Shown: positions 1-7,056 of the stretch, in pieces
Numbering within the stretch: the first letter of the stretch is position 1
How the letters are laid out: the number at the start of each line of letters is the position of its first letter
Virus record (IMG/VR): IMGVR_UViG_3300020393_000018
Location: 1 to 32,068 of that record
DNA: 32,068 nucleotides
Direction: 5' to 3' (one strand)
Source: a virus
Taxonomy: Duplodnaviria > Caudoviricetes
Notes under the pieces: generated by a model
What the model saw: the letters and a program-made list of their open reading frames with translations, nothing else
Databases searched by the model: none
What the model was told of the DNA's origin: nothing
Position numbers and translations under genes: made by a program

Positions 1-138
1 CGCAGTTATTCACCAAACACAGAAAAAGTGACTTATCAAACTTTCTCTAATTATCAATACGCTTTGCAGTATGCAAACATGCTCAAAGATGTAGGCTTAA
101 AAGCTTCCATAATGATTAATAGAAGTAAGAAAGATTAA
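1..138 (+). CDS. Partial hypothetical early protein (3' end only)
   Basis: Frame 1 is open from the window edge (RSYSPNTEKVTYQTFSNYQYALQYANMLKDVGLKASIMINRSKKD) to TAA at 136-138, followed by a terminator. Confidence 0.55.
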   Translation, partial: RSYSPNTEKVTYQTFSNYQYALQYANMLKDVGLKASIMINRSKKD

Positions 139-154
139 ACAATCACGCGACCTC

Positions 155-186
155 AAAGCCGCCTATTAATTAGGCGGTTTTTTATT
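155..186 (+). terminator. Intrinsic terminator
   Basis: Stem GCCGCCTA (158-165) / TAGGCGGT (171-178), 5-nt loop, followed by a T-run. Confidence 0.85.
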
Positions 187-223
187 GTTTATAACTAATT
201 GTTACAGAATGTTAACAATACCT

Positions 224-252
224 TCCTAAGTGGAAATCAATATGTTTATAAT
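224..252 (+). promoter_or_regulatory. Candidate host sigma70-type early promoter for ardC
   Basis: Perfect TATAAT at 247-252 and weak -35 TTCCTA at 224-229 with 17-nt spacing, located between a terminator and the ardC start. Confidence 0.5.
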
Positions 253-307
253 TCATATAGATACGGCGTTTACGTCGCGTCCACTAAACACAACTTAGGT
301 ATTAAAC

Positions 308-1279
308 ATGGCACTAGCTACCACCACAAAACCAAAAGCAAAAAAGCAAACACCAGAAGAGAAAATATGCGCGGAAATTATCGCACTTATTGAAAAAGGT
401 GTTAACCCTTGGCAAAAGCCATGGACAGCCCAAACAAGCGGCAACTATCGCAACCTTATTACGGGTCATCTTTACAGCGGCGCAAATACAGCTCTATTAA
501 TCATGTATGAGGTTAGTAGAGGTTATACAAGTAATTTGTATGTAGGTTACGCACAAGCCGCAAAGAAAAACTGGACAGTCAAAAAAGGTTCCAAAGCTTG
601 TTATATTTTACATCCGGTTCCCGTTTGTTTTGATAAAACAGATAAAGACGGCAACCCTGTAAAAGATGATAAGGGTAACGTGGTTAAGGTTCAATATATG
701 AACTTCAAACCCGTAGCCGTTTTTAATTCAGATTGTCTTGTTGGTGCTGATGAAAAAGCTCAAGATGCACTAGAGCAAACTATCAAACATGAACAGCGCA
801 ACATCAAAGAAAATTTCAATGATGTAGAGACTAGAAAGCACAAAGCTTTCACAACTCTTAAGGCTTATATGGATAGTCAAGAGATTGATCTATTAGAGGG
901 CGGCGATAGAGCCTATTACAGCCCATCAGCGGATAATATAGGCATGCCTAAACCAAAACAGTTTCAAACTGTTGACGGCTATCTTGCAACATTAGCGCAT
1001 GAGTGTATTCACTCAACTAAAAAAGAAAGCCGCCTTGATCGCTCTTTTGGATTCTCAATGTTTGGGAATGATGCATACGCTAGAGAAGAATTAGTTGCCG
1101 AATTAGGCAGTGCGATTCTTACAAGAAAGCTAAACGTAGGTTCTAAGATAGAACATCACACTAGCTATCTTAAGAGCTGGTTATCAGGTATTAAAGAAGA
1201 TACTAGCTACTTATTCAAATCACTAGCATATGCTAATAAAGCGGCTAACTTCATACTAGAAAATCAAGCTAGTAACTAA
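308..1279 (+). CDS. ardC: ArdC-family antirestriction protein (ssDNA-binding N-domain plus zincin-like metallopeptidase domain)
   Basis: N-terminal PWQKPW and N-x-x-TG-x-x-YSG-x-N motifs (DUF1738-like). C-terminal AYYSPSADNIGMP, HExxH (AHECIH) and YAREELVAELGSA...YLKSW. RBS AGGT upstream. Confidence 0.88.
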   Translation: MALATTTKPKAKKQTPEEKICAEIIALIEKGVNPWQKPWTAQTSGNYRNLITGHLYSGANTALLIMYEVSRGYTSNLYVGYAQAAKKNWTVKKGSKACYILHPVPVCFDKTDKDGNPVKDDKGNVVKVQYMNFKPVAVFNSDCLVGADEKAQDALEQTIKHEQRNIKENFNDVETRKHKAFTTLKAYMDSQEIDLLEGGDRAYYSPSADNIGMPKPKQFQTVDGYLATLAHECIHSTKKESRLDRSFGFSMFGNDAYAREELVAELGSAILTRKLNVGSKIEHHTSYLKSWLSGIKEDTSYLFKSLAYANKAANFILENQASN

Positions 1280-1294
1280 CACTTAGCACAAATT

Positions 1295-1321
1295 AAGAGA
1301 GTCTCACAGGCTCTCTTTTTT
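1295..1321 (+). terminator. Intrinsic terminator after ardC
   Basis: 10-bp stem AAGAGAGTCT / AGGCTCTCTT (one G-U pair), 3-nt loop, T-run. Confidence 0.85.
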
Positions 1322-1326
1322 GTTGC

Positions 1327-1342
1327 TGTAATAATTAATACA
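1327..1342. promoter_or_regulatory. Candidate NtcA-binding site
   Basis: TGTA-ATAATTAA-TACA is an exact match to the cyanobacterial TGTA-N8-TACA consensus, in the spacer upstream of the RNAP operon. Confidence 0.45.
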
Positions 1343-1385
1343 TATTCTATATTGTGTGCATATAGGAACATGAGCCACACATATA

Positions 1386-1402
1386 GTGTACACTTAGCAA
1401 AA
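1386..1402 (+). promoter_or_regulatory. Recurrent intergenic motif copy (phage RNAP promoter or repressor operator)
   Basis: GTGTACACTTAGCAAAA; the first 12 nt are identical to 4229-4240. Confidence 0.5.
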
Positions 1403-1463
1403 TGAATCTAACCTGTTTCTAGGTATAAATTCACGATACCTCTTCTCACTGGTCTATAAACTT

Positions 1464-1667
1464 ATGAAACAGAATTTTGTTTACGACGTTAAATATAGAG
1501 ATAAACACGGCAATGTCCGTGTCTTTTCATGTTTAGATGAAGATATAAACGGGGCAAGAAAGCAAGCTATGACTATGGTTTGCGACCTCAACGACTACAG
1601 CGGGACTATTCTCACTGTTCTACAAGTAAACGATGATACAGAATGGAGCAATGGACTTATTGTATGA
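1464..1667 (+). CDS. Hypothetical early protein (67 aa)
   Basis: ATG-started ORF whose end overlaps the RNAP start; no recognisable motif. Confidence 0.65.
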   Translation: MKQNFVYDVKYRDKHGNVRVFSCLDEDINGARKQAMTMVCDLNDYSGTILTVLQVNDDTEWSNGLIV

Positions 1668-3996
1668 TTTCGCGCGGCAATTAAAAGCAGAAGCAAACCA
1701 GCGTGAAATAGGTAGATTGAAGAACACTAACGCAACTGTAAAAGCTGAACAGCGCAGTTATGCAAGTAATACAATATACGGTCAAACAATACTTAAACAC
1801 CATACAGAGTTAATAGCACAAGAGATAAAAGAAAGATTACATTTATTGAGACGTGGTAAAGCCGCTGTTGATGCTGTTGTAGTAAACAAACACCTTAAAG
1901 AATCAAATCACAATACCTTAGCAGTCATCGGCATGAAAGTAATGCTTGACGTACTGGGAAAAGAGTCAAAACCAGTGCTTGCTGATCTCACTGTTCCATT
2001 GGGTCAAGCTGTTGAGGTGGAGCTGAGGCTTTCTCACTATTTTGCTATTAATCCAGATTTATATAAAAAGATAGAAAAGTCTTTTCACTCTTCTACAGGA
2101 ACAAGACAGAAGGCAAGCGTTTTTAGACTGAGATTCAACAAAGCAGAAGTTGAGTGGAAAACGTGGACGAGAAGAGAACGACATGTTATTGGATCATTCT
2201 TGTTGGACTGTATAAATAGAAAGACGCACTGGGTAAAAAAAGAAACAATCACCCAAGGTAAGAAGTCAAAGAAAACGTGCATGCGATACAGCGAAGCATT
2301 TCTTGTATTAAAAGAAGCAATCATATCAAAGGCACAACACCTCGCTTTTAATGCTGAACCGATGTACTGTGAACCACTTGATTGGAGTAATGAAGAATCT
2401 GGAGGCTGGCTTACAAGTGAAGTCAAAGATATGTTTCCGCTGGTCAGAACTCACTATGGGTCATTACCAAGATGTAAGCAGGGAGATATTCCGATCCGTG
2501 CTTTGAACAACATGCAACATGTAAAGTTCAAGGTAGATAAGAATACCCTTGCTGTTGTCAAGTGGGCTAAAGACACTGGACAGACAATCGGCAAGTTTCG
2601 CATTGAGAAACGTAAAGACTTTACAGCTACTCTTCCTGACAACCCATCAGAGGAGGAGGTAAAGGATTACAAACGTCTAAGACGTGACATTGAAAACTTC
2701 AATGCACAGCTCGAACAAAAAAATTACAGGACACTTGAGACTGTAATGATTGCGGATAAATTTGCTGAAGAGTCCAAGTTCTATATCCCAAGTTCATTCG
2801 GCTACCGAGGAAGGATCTATTGCCTCACACACTATATGAATCCCCAAGGTACTGATCTCGATAAGTCACTCTTGCTTTTTGCGGACGAGTCTCCAGTAGA
2901 TGAATACTGGATGGCTTTCCATTGCGCCACTACACATGGTCTTGATAAAGAATCTTTATTAGACCGTGTGGCATGGACAAGAGCGAACACAGACCACATC
3001 ACCAAAGTGGCTACAAACCCAATAGAACACAGAGACTTATGGATTTCCGCAGAAGAACCTTGGACACACTTACAGAGTTGTTACTGGTACTGGTTATGTT
3101 GTATTGCCAAAAAAAGCAAGACATCAGGCTTGATGATTGGCATTGATGCAACATGTTCAGCCTTACAACATTTGTCCGCTGCTACTCGTTCTTACAGTGG
3201 TGGCTCACTTGTCAACTTGACACCCTCAAACAAACCTAAAGATGGTTATGCAGTTGTGGCAGAAGTATCTAAAAAATACATACGTCCAGAGCTACATAAA
3301 TACATAGACAGAAAAACTGTTAAAAGGGTTTGCATGACCACATCGTATGGTCTTACATATAGATCAGCCAAAGGTTACATAAGAGAAGCATTGATAGACA
3401 AAGGCTGTGACTTGTCACAAGCTGGAGTACTCAAAGAAGTAACTGACGCAGTGTATCGCAAAGCAGTGCCAGAAGTGTTCGACGGTGCAATTAAGCTTAT
3501 GAACTTTTGGCGGTCTATTCCTAAACAAGTACTAGATTCACGCGACCACATTCAATGGACAACACCGAGTGGATTTGTTGTAGTACAAGATCTCAGATTC
3601 TCACAAACAACAAGAGTTGACACGCGACTAATGGGATCAGTCATTGCATGCCAACTCGCTACAGGATTTGGTAAGCCCGATATGCAACATCACATCGGAG
3701 CTATAAGTCCTAATATAGTACATAGCTGGGACTCTTCGTTAATACATTTAGTATTTAGTGAGCCAATGTTTACAGACGGTAACATACCTTTCGCATGTGT
3801 ACATGACTGCGTGTTAGCTAGATCATCTGATATGACAATGATTAGTAAGTTAGTCCGTCAAAAGTTTGTGGATATGTACAGCACCAACATACTTAAAGAT
3901 TGGTGTGACCAAGTGGACGTGACATTTGATGAAAGTGTCATGGTAAACACTTTGGACATTAATCAAGTGTTACAAAGTGATTACTTTTTTTGTTGA
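1651..3996 (+). CDS. T7-like single-subunit DNA-dependent RNA polymerase (gp1)
   Basis: Motifs YRGRIY, DATCSALQH (A), RKTVKRVCMTTSYG (B), WTTPSGF, PNIVHSWD, VHDC (C) and C-terminal YFFC. The start is 1633 or 1651. Confidence 0.97.
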   Translation: MDLLYDFARQLKAEANQREIGRLKNTNATVKAEQRSYASNTIYGQTILKHHTELIAQEIKERLHLLRRGKAAVDAVVVNKHLKESNHNTLAVIGMKVMLDVLGKESKPVLADLTVPLGQAVEVELRLSHYFAINPDLYKKIEKSFHSSTGTRQKASVFRLRFNKAEVEWKTWTRRERHVIGSFLLDCINRKTHWVKKETITQGKKSKKTCMRYSEAFLVLKEAIISKAQHLAFNAEPMYCEPLDWSNEESGGWLTSEVKDMFPLVRTHYGSLPRCKQGDIPIRALNNMQHVKFKVDKNTLAVVKWAKDTGQTIGKFRIEKRKDFTATLPDNPSEEEVKDYKRLRRDIENFNAQLEQKNYRTLETVMIADKFAEESKFYIPSSFGYRGRIYCLTHYMNPQGTDLDKSLLLFADESPVDEYWMAFHCATTHGLDKESLLDRVAWTRANTDHITKVATNPIEHRDLWISAEEPWTHLQSCYWYWLCCIAKKSKTSGLMIGIDATCSALQHLSAATRSYSGGSLVNLTPSNKPKDGYAVVAEVSKKYIRPELHKYIDRKTVKRVCMTTSYGLTYRSAKGYIREALIDKGCDLSQAGVLKEVTDAVYRKAVPEVFDGAIKLMNFWRSIPKQVLDSRDHIQWTTPSGFVVVQDLRFSQTTRVDTRLMGSVIACQLATGFGKPDMQHHIGAISPNIVHSWDSSLIHLVFSEPMFTDGNIPFACVHDCVLARSSDMTMISKLVRQKFVDMYSTNILKDWCDQVDVTFDESVMVNTLDINQVLQSDYFFC

Positions 3997-3997
3997 A

Positions 3998-4150
3998 ATG
4001 AAGAAAGAAAAACAACCTCCAGAAAATTCAACACTGGTTCAACGTATCGAATTTTACGTTAATACAAATCAGATAGTAAAAGCGAAAGCACTTGCTACTG
4101 TTGGTGATACACTAGAGGAAGCATACAGCTGGGACACTGAATTTATTTAA
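3998..4150 (+). CDS. Small hypothetical protein (50 aa, not in ORF track)
   Basis: ATG 1 nt after the RNAP stop; MKKEKQPPENSTLVQRIEFYVNTNQIVKAKALATVGDTLEEAYSWDTEFI. Confidence 0.65.
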   Translation: MKKEKQPPENSTLVQRIEFYVNTNQIVKAKALATVGDTLEEAYSWDTEFI

Positions 4151-4228
4151 AGTTTTTTACATAGAAGTATATGTACTTAACGACTTTTTGGTGATTCTCC
4201 TTTAGTATTTGCAAAAGCGGCTGTGGTC

Positions 4229-4245
4229 GTGTACACTTAGGAAAG
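4229..4245 (+). promoter_or_regulatory. Recurrent intergenic motif copy overlapping the MarR RBS
   Basis: GTGTACACTTAGGAAAG, ending 2 nt before ATG 4248. Confidence 0.5.
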
Positions 4246-4247
4246 CG

Positions 4248-4598
4248 ATGCCTAGTCCAATTACTAATTCTTGCGCCCACAAAGCTCACATGGTCATTGA
4301 GCTACTGCGTTCCTCTGGAGAACGTGAGTTTCCAATGCAACTTGCTTCGTGTTTTTTCTATATAGCCGCTCACGATGGCTGCGAACAGTCCGAACTAATC
4401 GAGGCTGTAAACATAAGTCATTCGTCAGTATCTAGAAATGTGTCATGGCTTGGTAGTAAACACCGTCTTGATAACCGTAAAGGATTAGAATTGGTACGCC
4501 GTGAGCGTAATCCTAAAAATTACAAATCTTGGCTGCTGTACCTTACACCAAAGGGAAGGCAATGGGCGAAGCAGATTGAAAACATCATCATCACTTAG
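4248..4598 (+). CDS. MarR-like winged-helix transcriptional regulator
   Basis: HTH segment QSELIEAVNISHSSVSRNVSWL, wing GLELVRRERNP and LYLTPKG. ATG 4248 follows AGGA. Lies directly upstream of the integrase. Confidence 0.85.
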   Translation: MPSPITNSCAHKAHMVIELLRSSGEREFPMQLASCFFYIAAHDGCEQSELIEAVNISHSSVSRNVSWLGSKHRLDNRKGLELVRRERNPKNYKSWLLYLTPKGRQWAKQIENIIIT

Positions 4599-4602
4599 TC
4601 CA

Positions 4603-5592
4603 ATGTCCAGACAAATTACAGTAAAGGACTGTGTAGATCACACAGCCCGTTCTCACTGGAAAAACATGCGAAGTTATAAAACTAGCATGATGTACGCAAA
4701 ACTATTTATGGATTGCAGAAGTCCATCAACACCTATTAAAAAGATGTTGAAGGGCGATTATTGGATAAAGACTCAGAACATGCTTCTCGACGATCATCCA
4801 CGCTGGACACATGCGACTGTGAATAGAACAATCACGGCGGCTCGCACGGCGATCAACAAGGCTCGCAAAGCTGGACTACATGACATGAATCTTCCTGAGA
4901 TTGACAAGTTAAAGGAAAACAAATGTCGTATGGTATGGCTTACACGTCACCAAGTTGACAACTTAGCGGCAACCGCCGAAGAAGTCTTTGACATGAAAGA
5001 TTTAAAGGAAGCAATTCTTGTTAGTGCCTACACAGGTATAAGACAAGATGAACTACTTAAATTAAGAGTCAAAGATCTAGACCAACACCATAAATCTTTG
5101 CATGTAGGTGGTATGCAGTATCTAGTTACAAAAGCTAATGAGATACGGCATTTACCCGTAGGCGAGATTAATAGGGTTTGGGATATATTAGTGAGTAGGA
5201 CAACTCACCTAGATTCACGAGACAGAATCTTCGGAGACTGTTGGCGTAATGGTCAAGCATTGCGTAGACAGTTCTATAAAGTCCGTGACTATTGTGGATT
5301 AGACGATGGTGTAGTTTGGCATACACTTCGCCATAGTTACGGAACTTGGTTGGCAGAGACTGAATCGGTTAGTACGATTCAAGCTTTGATGGGACATGCT
5401 AATAGCACAACCACTGAGCGTTATGTAAAGGTCAACCCAACCAGACTCAGAACAGCATTATCTTCACTGAATGACAAACAGCCAAATGAGTTTTCAGTAT
5501 CAGAAGATGTGATTACCGAATTGAAAGCACAGATCAAAAAAGAATTGATGCTGGAGCTTCTCAATAAGGATAAAACCAGCTTAACCGCTTAG
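4603..5592 (+). CDS. int: Tyrosine recombinase / phage integrase
   Basis: Catalytic motifs are intact: TGIRQDEL (R), TKANE (K), HTLRHS (HxxR), MGHA and TTERY (Y). Probable start is ATG 4603, just after the MarR stop. Confidence 0.95.
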   Translation: MSRQITVKDCVDHTARSHWKNMRSYKTSMMYAKLFMDCRSPSTPIKKMLKGDYWIKTQNMLLDDHPRWTHATVNRTITAARTAINKARKAGLHDMNLPEIDKLKENKCRMVWLTRHQVDNLAATAEEVFDMKDLKEAILVSAYTGIRQDELLKLRVKDLDQHHKSLHVGGMQYLVTKANEIRHLPVGEINRVWDILVSRTTHLDSRDRIFGDCWRNGQALRRQFYKVRDYCGLDDGVVWHTLRHSYGTWLAETESVSTIQALMGHANSTTTERYVKVNPTRLRTALSSLNDKQPNEFSVSEDVITELKAQIKKELMLELLNKDKTSLTA

Positions 5593-5602
5593 GTTATAAT
5601 TA

Positions 5603-5673
5603 ACAGTAGATCTCGGCTAATTGCTTTAGTTGTGTTTAGTGGGTTAGCCGAGATCCCTTGCTATCGCTACTGT
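5603..5673 (+). repeat. Nested inverted repeats / stem-loop
   Basis: GATCTCGGCTAA (5609-5620) pairs perfectly with TTAGCCGAGATC (5644-5655). ACAGTAG (5603-5609) pairs with CTACTGT (5667-5673). Confidence 0.85.
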
Positions 5674-5737
5674 CTCAAATGCACACGCTGGTTTTAGGTT
5701 CTGACATAAATAAGTCCACTTAACCAAACGAAAAACC

Positions 5738-5777
5738 ACCAAGTATAGTAAACTTTCCCTCTATACTTGGTTTTTTT
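5738..5777 (+). terminator. Intrinsic terminator ending the early region
   Basis: 11-bp stem ACCAAGTATAG / CTATACTTGGT, 12-nt loop, T-run. Confidence 0.75.
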
Positions 5778-5809
5778 GTGTCTATTCTCAATTACAGGTA
5801 TGACCTAAA

Positions 5810-5977
5810 ATGTGCTGTACAAAACCAGTTACTAAAAAACAGCGGGAAATAGACCGCATGAGTGCCAAAGAGTACTCTTTTTTTTTGGCTCATGGCGATG
5901 ACGCTTTGGACAAAGAAAAAATGACCAACGACGAGTACGACGAGTACTTAAAATCTAATCTCATATTTGACATTTAA
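5810..5977 (+). CDS. Small hypothetical protein (55 aa; alternative start 5858; not in ORF track)
   Basis: MCCTKPVTKKQREIDRMSAKEYSFFLAHGDDALDKEKMTNDEYDEYLKSNLIFDI; the stop overlaps the SSB start (TAATG). Confidence 0.65.
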   Translation: MCCTKPVTKKQREIDRMSAKEYSFFLAHGDDALDKEKMTNDEYDEYLKSNLIFDI

Positions 5978-6543
5978 TGGCTAACGAGTATATCTTCCCA
6001 ACCAAACTAGAAGGGTTCATTCGTCTTGATGAAAATGGTGGTAAATACAACAACCGCTGTTTCTCATTTCAAATAGATTCCGAGACGCTAAAAAAAATGG
6101 AAGCTGATCGGGTACAACTTTTAAAATGGTTGGATACAAAACCAAATACAAAAGGTGCTATAACCAGACCACCAAAGTGGGAAGGTAAAGACGTAGTTTC
6201 ATATAACTACGATGGCGAAAAACAGAAAGCACCTATCTTTGTTGATACCGATGGGACACCTTTAACAAAAGATGTTCTTAAATCACTGAGCAAAGGTACA
6301 GAAGTGCAACTTATTGTGCAACAAAAACCTTATTGCGTCAGCGGTGTAAAAGGTACAAGCTTCCAAGTTATAGCGGCAAGAGTCCATAAGCTAGTCACTT
6401 ACTCAGGTGCATCTGATAAAGGTGAGCTTTCTATTGATGACATCAACAGTATGTTTCTCAAAACTGAAGGCTACAAACAGGAACAACCAGTAGTGACCGC
6501 TGAACCTAGCAGTTATGAACCAGCCTATGAAGTTGATTTCTAA
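5977..6543 (+). CDS. Single-stranded DNA-binding protein (gp2.5-like)
   Basis: Position before endonuclease I, size, and an acidic C-tail ending in Phe (EPAYEVDF) as in T7 gp2.5. Confidence 0.85.
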   Translation: MANEYIFPTKLEGFIRLDENGGKYNNRCFSFQIDSETLKKMEADRVQLLKWLDTKPNTKGAITRPPKWEGKDVVSYNYDGEKQKAPIFVDTDGTPLTKDVLKSLSKGTEVQLIVQQKPYCVSGVKGTSFQVIAARVHKLVTYSGASDKGELSIDDINSMFLKTEGYKQEQPVVTAEPSSYEPAYEVDF

Positions 6544-6932
6544 TGGTCTACCGCTCAGGATTGGAAGAGCGTGTTGCAAAAGTCTTTGATATAAATAAAA
6601 TTCCTTACCAGTACGAGAGTAAGAAATATAAATACGTTATTGAAAGTAACTATACACCTGACTTTTTTGTTGGTGACATGGTTATTGAAGTAAAAGGTTT
6701 CTTTAAACCTGAGCAAAGACGCAAGATGTTAGCTGTAAAACGCCAGCATCCAAAGTTAGATATACGCATGATATTCCAGCGCAATAACACACTAAGTAAA
6801 TCATCCAAAACAAGCTATGGAGATTGGTGCGACAAGCATGGATTTCCGTGGTGCATATTCCCACACATACCAAAGGATTGGTTCAATGAGTTACCACCAT
6901 CTAATCACAAAGAAACCAGCTCCAAGCAATGA
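6543..6932 (+). CDS. Endonuclease I / Holliday junction resolvase (gp3)
   Basis: Motifs YRSGLEE, YTPDF, IEVKG, HPKLDIRMIF and YGDWCDKHGF. Confidence 0.95.
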   Translation: MVYRSGLEERVAKVFDINKIPYQYESKKYKYVIESNYTPDFFVGDMVIEVKGFFKPEQRRKMLAVKRQHPKLDIRMIFQRNNTLSKSSKTSYGDWCDKHGFPWCIFPHIPKDWFNELPPSNHKETSSKQ

Positions 6933-7056
6933 TTTTTTATTTCTTGCTTTAGACGCATGGGTTGAACAGTTCGAGGGTGACATCCCTTTTCAAGAAATCA
7001 TCGAGGTGATGAGAGATTATGTCGAAATCGCCGACGATTATGGATTATCAAAATGA
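6886..7056 (+). CDS. Hypothetical protein (56 aa)
   Basis: ATG 6886 has AAGGA upstream; the acidic helical ORF bridges gp3 and gp4. Confidence 0.6.
   Translation: MSYHHLITKKPAPSNDFLFLALDAWVEQFEGDIPFQEIIEVMRDYVEIADDYGLSK

Larger units (their letters stand above)
5571..5829. other. Candidate attP region
   Basis: Mostly non-coding stretch after int. Contains a tRNA-Leu(TAG)-like anticodon-arm fragment CGCTGGTTTTAGGT (5686-5699), repeated AAAACCAG/CTGGTTTT motifs and inverted repeats. Confidence 0.5.

Noticed and set aside
199-393. 64-aa ORF overlapping the ardC start
   Set aside because: TTG start, runs through the promoter region and overlaps ardC out of frame; no motif.
5660-5740. Complete tRNA gene at attP
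   Set aside because: Only an anticodon-loop-like fragment is present; there is no D-loop GG, T-arm or acceptor stem.
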